DNA from: Vitrella brassicaformis CCMP3155
Lineage: Eukaryota > Protista > Chromerida
Length of the DNA stretch: 5,785 nucleotides
NCBI GenBank assembly: GCA_001179505.1
Contig: CDMY01001027.1
Coordinates: forward strand, 1-5,785
Direction: 5' to 3'
Shown here: one piece after another, positions 1 to 5,785 of the stretch
Layout: the number at the start of each line of letters is the position of its first letter
How positions within the stretch are numbered: the stretch's first letter is position 1
Notes under the pieces: model-generated
What the model was told of the DNA's origin: nothing
Databases searched by the model: none
Seen by the model: the letters and a program-made list of their open reading frames with translations, nothing else
Program-made: the position numbers and the translations under genes

Positions 1-276
1 CGCAAATCGGTCTTCCACCCGCGGCATAGACCCATAGTAGTGGCCGACGACAGCCACGTCCCGGAAGCCGAATGCTCGCACTTTGCGGAAGATCCTGATC
101 TTGACGTCGGGCGTGTGGCCGAAAGGGGTCGCTGTGGCCGACTCAGGGATGCTGTGGTCAATGCCGTCGAGGGGGCTGACCACACGGAGCCGCTCATGAG
201 TGGTGGGCAAGGCGGCCAGACGAGGCAACAGCGACTGCAGAAGGCGCTCCCACTGGAGATCCTCCCTGCTCGACAT
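1..276 (-). CDS. 5' part (92 codons, runs off left edge) of a putative divergent DRE-TIM/HMGL-like TIM-barrel protein
   Basis: ATG at 276-274 is the first ATG after an in-frame TGA at 324-322, and the frame stays open to base 1 (absent from the ORF track because it has no stop). Translation: MSSREDLQWERLLQSLLPRLAALPTTHERLRVVSPLDGIDHSIPESATATPFGHTPDVKIRIFRKVRAFGFRDVAVVGHYYGSMPRVEDRFA. The segment D-H-S-I-P-E..GHT.DVK..IFRKVRAFGF.DVAV follows the DRE-TIM N-terminal pattern (D-x-T-L-R-D/E ... K..i...l...G...ie). Family assignment is from recalled motifs, not a search. Confidence 0.6.
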   Translation of the reverse strand, partial: MSSREDLQWERLLQSLLPRLAALPTTHERLRVVSPLDGIDHSIPESATATPFGHTPDVKIRIFRKVRAFGFRDVAVVGHYYGSMPRVEDRFA

Positions 277-364
277 TGCTGGTGAGCCAGACCTGCGAGA
301 TCCCGGGAAGAGAGAGCGGTTTCACAGCTCCCCAAGTCTGCGAGCTTAGCTGTTGTGAGGAAAA
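277..364. promoter_or_regulatory. Putative compact bidirectional promoter / shared 5' region
   Basis: Only 88 nt separate the divergent ATGs at 276 (-) and 365 (+). No specific promoter motif was identified; the call rests on geometry alone. Confidence 0.45.
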
Positions 365-2780
365 ATGAAGCATCGCAAGAAGCCGAGAAGGCAGCGCGGT
401 CAGCAGATCTCCACAAGCAAGGCAGAAGGAGGCAAAAGATCTCGAGATGCCGCCGTCACATACAAAGGGTGAGTGAGTTCCACTGTGAGGAGAGGGCGGA
501 GGGATTTAAGAAGGAAGCCGCTGGACGAGCACACACCTCCCTTTGCTCCTCTGTTGGTGCACTTTGTGCTTGTCGATTCAGGTTCTCGCCTGATGTGTTT
601 TGGTCCGTTGAGCGGGTGCCCCTGGCCTCTCTCTCTGCTGGTGATTTCTTCTATCGGTTCGTCAAGCGGAGGATGCCGGTGGTGCTCACTGACGCATTGA
701 GCAGCGAATTCAAGGGTCTCCAGCGGTGGACAAACAGCTATCTGCGACGGAGGGCCGGCGACTCATCTGTCGATGTGGAGTACCGGCGCAATGTCTTCGA
801 TCACTTCGGTGAGGGACGGGCAGGCAGTAGAGGTCCGTCATCGCTTTGTCTTTGGCCGTGCAGGTGAGGGCCGCAAAGTGAAGATGGCCTTCGGTGCTTT
901 CCTCGATGAGCTCGACAACGGCAAGTGATCCACTTGAAGCCCAGAAAACAGTCAGAGGCTGATTGTGTTGCCTGGATGTTGGGTGCAGGTCGCGAGGATC
1001 TCTACTTGACCACACAGACGATAGACGAGACCGACACCGGTCAGTCAACACACCACTCTGATGGACTCTGTTGATGGCTGTCCACCGGGTCTTGGGTGTT
1101 GCGTGCAGGTCCTGTGTCGCTCACCGGGCATCCCGTGTCCGCCCTGCTCGCTGATGTGCCGTTGAGGCCCAAGCTGTTCGGGTAGGAGAGGATGGAAACA
1201 ACCAATTGTTCTCTCGGCGGCACACTATTGTTAGTCTGCTTGTGCAGTCACCTCTTGCCGTATCAGTACAACATGTGGATGGGGCAGAGCCGCGCTGGCA
1301 CCACCAGTGGACTCCACCATGACTTTGTGAGACAGATGCACAGCCAACCGTCATGCCGTTTGCATTTCCTTAGTTGTGTGTATGCAGCACGACAATCTGT
1401 ATGTGTTGCTGCGTGGGCGGAAGGTCTTCCGCCTCTACAGCCCCGACAAGGCGCACCAACTCGACACCACAGGTATGCCGGCCAGGCAACACACCATTAG
1501 ACCTTGAGACGTCCGTCACCCACTCTGTCTTTCTGTGTCTGTCAGGCAATGTGTCTGTGATCCATCCGAATGGACTGATTTGCTATGAGAAAGGCATCAG
1601 GGAAGATGGTCAGTGGGCAGTAATTACCCGTCGCGTGTGTCCAGCTCATTGACCTTTGTGTCGCCCCACCAGGTGCCCCCCGTGCAGCGGTGCACCAGTG
1701 GAAGCTCGGCCGAGTGTGTCAGCGACACAGCGACCTGCAGCGCACAGCCAGCCAACATGGTGATGCCTCGGAGAGAAAGCTGCCCCTACCAACCTGATGG
1801 ATGTTGGCTGTGTGTTTGATTCAGGGTGTGAAGATTCTCGGCGTGACGCGGCCATCCAGGAGGCCGACGACGAGTGAGCGACCAGCATGACCATGGTCAC
1901 ACACGTGGAGATATCACAGCTGTGATGTCTGCCTGCCTGCCTGCCTGTAGGGTGGAGGCGCTTCTCGATGCGGCCCTCGACGGACGTAAGCAACACATCA
2001 CTCTGCAGGCACATGGTGGCACATGAGTGTGCGTCGGTTGCTGCAGATGATGATGCAGCGGATGACTTTGACACCCTCACGGCTGAAGAGGACGAGCCAG
2101 CCTCATCAACACAGGACAAAGACGGCAGCAGACCACCACAGGTACACACAACAGCCATGTCCCAGCTACTTCTCTGTCATCCACCTGTGTGCATCGATGT
2201 GTGTGTGTCAGGTGGTGCCCGAGGGCGAGAGGCCGCCCAGCTTCTGTCGCCACAACACAGTGGACCGGCACCTCCCCCCCGCTCCCGGCCTGACAGACAA
2301 TCCCGACCCCATTTGGCAGCAGTACCATCAAGTGACCGTCAAGGCGGGAGAGATGCGTAAGTGACAGCCAGATTGACTCGCTGACAACCTGCTGAGACCA
2401 TGGCTGCATGTCTCTGTGTGTGTGTGCAGTGCATTTGCCGGCGAGTTGGTTCCATGAGGTGATCAGCTGTGATGATGCAGGCGGTGAGGAGGAGCGGTCT
2501 GCCGACCGGCCAGGCCACATGGCGTTGAACTACTGGTTCTACCCCCCTTCGTCCGATGGTCTGTCAGCAGCGACACATGAGGCATGAACGAACGAGCGCT
2601 TGTCTGCCTGTCTGTGACTGGCTGGTTGCGTCAGGCACTGCTGACGAGCCATACGAAGACTTCTTCTGGGCAGACCATGTGCGGCCGCTGCTGGACGAGC
2701 TGGACAAGAGGGCCGGCCGACCGAGGGATGGTGCTGATGTCAAGACGAGAAAGCGGTCAGTGGCGTCGGGTTACTGCTGA
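365..2780 (+). CDS. JmjC (cupin-like, Cupin_8-type) Fe(II)/2-oxoglutarate-dependent oxygenase, 15 exons, 474 aa
   Basis: Exons: 365-468, 582-808, 864-920, 989-1039, 1109-1181, 1248-1326, 1388-1472, 1546-1608, 1673-1759, 1825-1873, 1951-1985, 2047-2141, 2212-2356, 2430-2558, 2635-2780. They sum to 1425 nt, phases are consistent, and there is no internal stop. Motifs: VERVP..LSAGDFFYRFVKRRMPVVL, DLYLTTQ, NMWMG...TTSGLHHDFHDNLYVLLRGRKVFRLYSP (HxD at 1315-1323), VKAGEMLHLPASWFHEV (distal His 2453-2455), HMALNYWF. Basic N-terminus KHRKKPRRQR may be an NLS. The C-terminal stop is the least certain part, since a GTCAGT donor-like site sits at 2756. Confidence 0.92.
921..988 (+). other. Non-canonical GC-AG intron (intron 3 of the JmjC gene)
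   Basis: Exon 3 (..FLDELDN-G) otherwise hits TGA at 926-928. Donor G|GCAAGT at 921 joined to gtgcag| at 988 restores G-REDLYLTTQ. The nearby GT at 925 gives the wrong frame with the acceptors at 955, 957 and 988. Confidence 0.8.
1929..1947 (+). repeat. (CTGC)4 tetranucleotide microsatellite in the pyrimidine tract of intron 10
   Basis: ctgcctgcctgcctgcctg immediately precedes the tag acceptor at 1948-1950. Confidence 0.8.
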
Positions 2781-3670
2781 TTCAGATGATGAGAGGGAAG
2801 AGGAGACACATGATCATATAGTGTTGCCAGCCCTGAGGCCTGCTGTGCCTCCCTCGTCTTGACAAGGACTGTGTGTGAGGGATATTGGTTTGTGAATACT
2901 CTTTATCGGTGTTTCAGAAGATATGTGAGGCACACTTCGCTGCACACACAGACATTCAGCAACGCCAACACACACACCCCACTGTCATCCATCTCGCTCT
3001 GTCGCCACTTGGCTGTTCGACTAGTGCGCTCCAGCTGAGAATCAGGCCCTGTAGCTTTCACGGCGTATGTGAGTGCTTTGTGTCTGTCGCACCACTCCGG
3101 ACGCTGACACGGAAAAGCACCCGGCTCTGTCTCTTGTCTTTCTGCCTGAGCGTGTGCATCTGCCTCTGTTTGCTCGTGTGGGTGCTTTGTATGACATCCG
3201 AATGGACGATTCTTTTCAATGCGAAAGGACCGACGCACACATATCAGTCACGTCCGCCTGCCCACGTCTGTATCAGACATGAAAACCGAATAAATCGACG
3301 CTGAAAGACAACAGCGTGTACGGTGGTATCTCTGCTGCTCATCGACAGCAGCATCTTGCGTCACAGTACCGGCACGACTCGCATAAAAAAGCCGCATCAC
3401 TGGACGAAGCATACGTCTCGCAAAAGAAGCGCTATGATGGGCACAAAAATTGGTATATTGACCTCCAGGGTACAAGACAGGGATACACATCGGTGCATTA
3501 CGGCAGAGGCACTGCTGACTCCTACCCCATGTATGACCGACACGCTCAAACCTGACACACACGTGGCTGACTTCATAAAGCCGTTGCACAGTGCAAGAAT
3601 TGCCGCAGATCAACACGCAACCCAACACAAACAGAGGGCACCACCCACACACAGCAACACGAGCATTCGA

Positions 3671-5785
3671 TCAATTGCACTGGCGTGCGGCACGTCCTCT
3701 CGGGCACGTCCTCTCACGCGAAGACAGAGCACTCGCAGACAGAGGTTTGGGGAAGTTGACGGGCAGCGGTCGGAGGGCGTCAGGCTCGATGGCGGGGAGG
3801 GGGCCCCTCATCACCTGACACACACGACACACCTCGGGGGATGTTCGCGGACGTGCAGATGCGTGTGTTTTTCGCGGCACCTGATACACTTCAACGACGT
3901 CAGCCGTGAAGTAACGGCTGTCCGCCAGAAGGTTGTGAACCGCATTCCACTTCCTGCCGGTGAATCCTGGTGGTGTGATGCCTTTGTCGATCCACTGACA
4001 GCAGCTGAGGATGGAGGGGGACGGAGTGGCCGACTTTGAATGCCCCAGCCACAGGTTGCCGCGTGCCATCGTGATCTTGCCGGATCCGAGGCCGGGGTTC
4101 GCCGTCGCTACAGCTCCGTCCCTCCCGGCCACTTGCACCCGCTGTCTGTCCTGCGGTGGGTGGATCTGTGTGGGCTGAGGAAAGCTGCCGCTGAGCGAAA
4201 AGAGGAAGAGGTCGCCTGTGGTCATCTGAATGGATGTTGGATTGTTCGGTTGGTTGAGGGGCCCGTCGAAGAAGACGCCAAACTTGTTGCTGTTGTTCTT
4301 GACGGCGAACAGCAGACGGCGGGCCGACCCCACCTTGCCCATGAAGTCAGCGAATGTGTCGCCGTCACGTGTCGACCTGACAGACAACAGAGGCAATTCT
4401 CCTCACGTATCCACTGCTTGATTCACACACCTTTTGTCTCACCTGTAGAGCAGCTGGAGGGAGGGTCGCCTTAGCCACTGCCGCAGATGGGGTACGTGCG
4501 GCCCCTCGATGATTGAGGCCGCGTCAGAAATGCCAAAGCTGACCTTGTCGACCTGTAAACACCAAGAATAATGCCATCGGTCGCGTTTTCCTCTGTCTTT
4601 CCCCTCCTCTCACGTGTCGGTAGATGTATCTGAGGTTGTTGGGATCGTTGAAGTTGCACTGATGGCCCTCACTCAGCACTAGCTGAATCGTCGTCAAAAC
4701 GCCCCTCGCGTGGATCTTCTTCTCTGTAACTGTCATTGACGAAAAATCGTTGCCAATGAGGCGGTAATAGCTGGGCAAGCATGTCGACATCGGTCGTCAT
4801 CGGAGCAAGCCGTGCACCCTCTGTCGCACCAACCTGGACGGAGCCAGACGACACATGCGACCGTTTCTATCTACGTGCCTGCTGGCGGCTGACCACTCGT
4901 GGCGGCAGCCCCCGCGTTGTCTGTCTGTCGTGTCTGAAGACGCTGTGGACCCACGAGTAGGCGTTGCTGCCGAAGATGGGGCAGTCATCACTGATGGGCT
5001 CACCGGGGAAACTCAACTCATGCAGCGACCGGGCTGTCTCGACGGCCTGTGAAACAACCCACACACGGCGGCAGCTTAGAAGGGCGTTCCGGATGGCCCG
5101 CCCCTGCACCCTCACCGTGTCTAGTTTGTAGAGTTGCGCGACTTGGTTGTTGCCGCAGCTGTGCAAGTAGCCCAGATACTGCAATGAGCAGTTGTGGCCC
5201 GTCTGTGCTGCCTGGGGGATGAAGCCCGACCAGACGCCGTCCGCACCACGCCGGACACACTCCAATGCCGCCGCCTGTGAGCTGTCGCCGTGCGGCCCAG
5301 CGTGTGAGTGCACCAGCAACTTGAAGCGATTCCCAGGAAACAAGGCCCTGAATACAGCATGACAAGCACAATTGGAGATTCTGCTCATTGCTCTGTCATG
5401 GGACTCACCTAAGGCGCTGAGTCACTTCGCCGTACTCATCAGCAAACGCAATGCCTTTCGCGCCCTCAAAGCAGACGCCTTTCAGAATCGGTATCCTCTC
5501 AGACGACAGGTAATCGATCACTTCCTGCACTCGTAAACACAATGAGGGCAAGACGTGCGTTATCCTCGACCAATGACACTCACGAGTGTCATCTCACCTT
5601 CACTTGTGGCGAGTCCATGGTGACGTCGAAGTCGAGCAGATCCACGAAGTTGATGTACAGGTGATTGCGCTTCAGCCACCTGTACCCCGACGCGCTGGGC
5701 TGAGAGTCTTCGTGAGGCATGCCATCATTGTCGGCGGCCATGACCACGTCCCTGTCGAGCCTCCTGAAGTGCTCGTGGATGCGGC
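3671..5785 (-). CDS. 5'-truncated DRE-TIM/HMGL-like barrel fused to a C-terminal TLDc domain; one frameshift near 4770-4790 (possible pseudogene or sequence error)
   Basis: Exons on the minus strand: 5785-5598, 5524-5409, 5347-5116, 5046-4894, 4833-4614, 4552-4443, 4376-3881, 3814-3671. All introns are GT-AG and 60-73 nt. Translation: ..LYINFVDLLDFDVTMDSPQVK/EVIDYLSSERIPILKGVCFEGAKG..R/ALFPGNRFKLLVHSHAG..AAALECVRRGADGVWSGFIPQAAQTGHNCS../AVETARSLHELSF..PIFGSNAY../VGATEGARLAPMTTDVDMLA[frameshift]YYRLIGN..YIYRH/VDKVSFG..LRQWLRRPSLQLLYR/STRDG..FTADVVEVYQ/V.. Exon 4833-4614 is 220 nt (3n+1). Confidence 0.8.
3689..3715. repeat. 13-bp direct repeat (ggcacgtcctctc) x2, period 14
   Basis: Identical copies are at 3689-3701 and 3703-3715. 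Confidence 0.85.
3881..4510 (-). other. TLDc domain-coding region
   Basis: LQLLYR|STRDGDTFADFMGKV, FGVFFDG, LFLFSLSG, LWLG and YFTADVVEVYQ match the TLDc hallmarks LLYRxSRDG, FGxF, FLFSL and FxxxxxEV. The start motif is split by intron 4377-4442. Confidence 0.88.
4614..5785 (-). other. C-terminal half of a DRE-TIM/HMGL-like (beta/alpha)8 barrel and following helical region
   Basis: The metal-binding HxH (VHSHAG, 5302-5310), then A..ALE..RRGADGV.S and A.xxGHNCS, parallel the HMGL-like pattern H-x-H-n-d..g.a.an.l.a...Ga..vd.t..G.GeraGN. Confidence 0.7.
5573..5592. repeat. Perfect 9-bp inverted repeat (hairpin) inside intron 5525-5597
   Basis: The sequence is atgacactc-ac-gagtgtcat; the arms are exact reverse complements. 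Confidence 0.85.

Noticed and set aside
40-285. 81-aa plus-strand ORF
   Set aside because: It has a GTG start, no motifs, and is the antisense shadow of the minus-strand 276-1 frame.
355-867. 170-aa ORF taken as one continuous protein
   Set aside because: It is a chimera of the wrong frame of exon 1, intron 1 and true exon 2. The real start is ATG 365 in another frame.
1646-2520. Minus-strand ORFs 1646-2158 and 2077-2520
   Set aside because: They are antisense to well-supported JmjC exons, low in complexity, and have no motifs.
2756-2785. Possible extra intron gtcagt..ttcag extending the JmjC C-terminus
   Set aside because: At 30 nt it is far shorter than every other intron here (55 nt or more). 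The stop at 2778-2780 is the simpler model.
3248-3652. Minus ORF containing RLFYASRAG, resembling the TLDc LLYRASRDG motif
   Set aside because: No other TLDc motifs follow, so it is most likely chance similarity.
3323-4474. Plus-strand ORFs of 238 aa (3323-4039) and 144 aa (4040-4474)
   Set aside because: They have no recognisable domain, are largely antisense to TLDc exons, and long shadow ORFs are expected at this GC content.
4781-4790. 10-bp palindrome atgtcgacat near the frame break as a frameshift stimulator
   Set aside because: It is too short and has no loop, no recognised slippery heptamer is present, and it is expected by chance.
4834-4878. A second GC-AG intron (cag|gcacgt) in the minus gene
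   Set aside because: The canonical GTCAGC donor at 4893 gives the same frame and a typical 60-nt intron, versus an atypical 45 nt.
1-5785. Prokaryotic operon, CRISPR array, mobile element or RNA gene
   Set aside because: There are no spaced repeats, terminal repeats, transposase/RT motifs or tRNA/rRNA signatures. The spliced gene structure explains the window.

Overview
This is intron-dense, GC-rich eukaryotic DNA. Most introns are 55-77 nt with TG/CT-rich acceptors, and there is a TLDc domain; this style suggests an alveolate such as the chromerid Vitrella (inference, not verified). The ORF track is largely misleading because the genes are spliced. Manual splicing gives three genes. (1) A minus-strand gene starts at 276 and runs off the left edge; it encodes an N-terminal segment resembling a divergent DRE-TIM/HMGL-like barrel. 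(2) A complete 15-exon plus-strand JmjC (Cupin_8-type) Fe(II)/2-oxoglutarate oxygenase lies at 365..2780 (474 aa). It is head-to-head with gene 1, with 88 nt between the ATGs, and needs one GC-AG intron. (3) A minus-strand gene enters from the right edge and ends near 3671; it encodes the C-terminal half of a DRE-TIM/HMGL-like barrel spliced to a TLDc domain, with a one-base frame break near 4770-4790. Genes 1 and 3 look like paralogs flanking the JmjC gene. No RNA genes, CRISPR arrays or mobile elements are supported.
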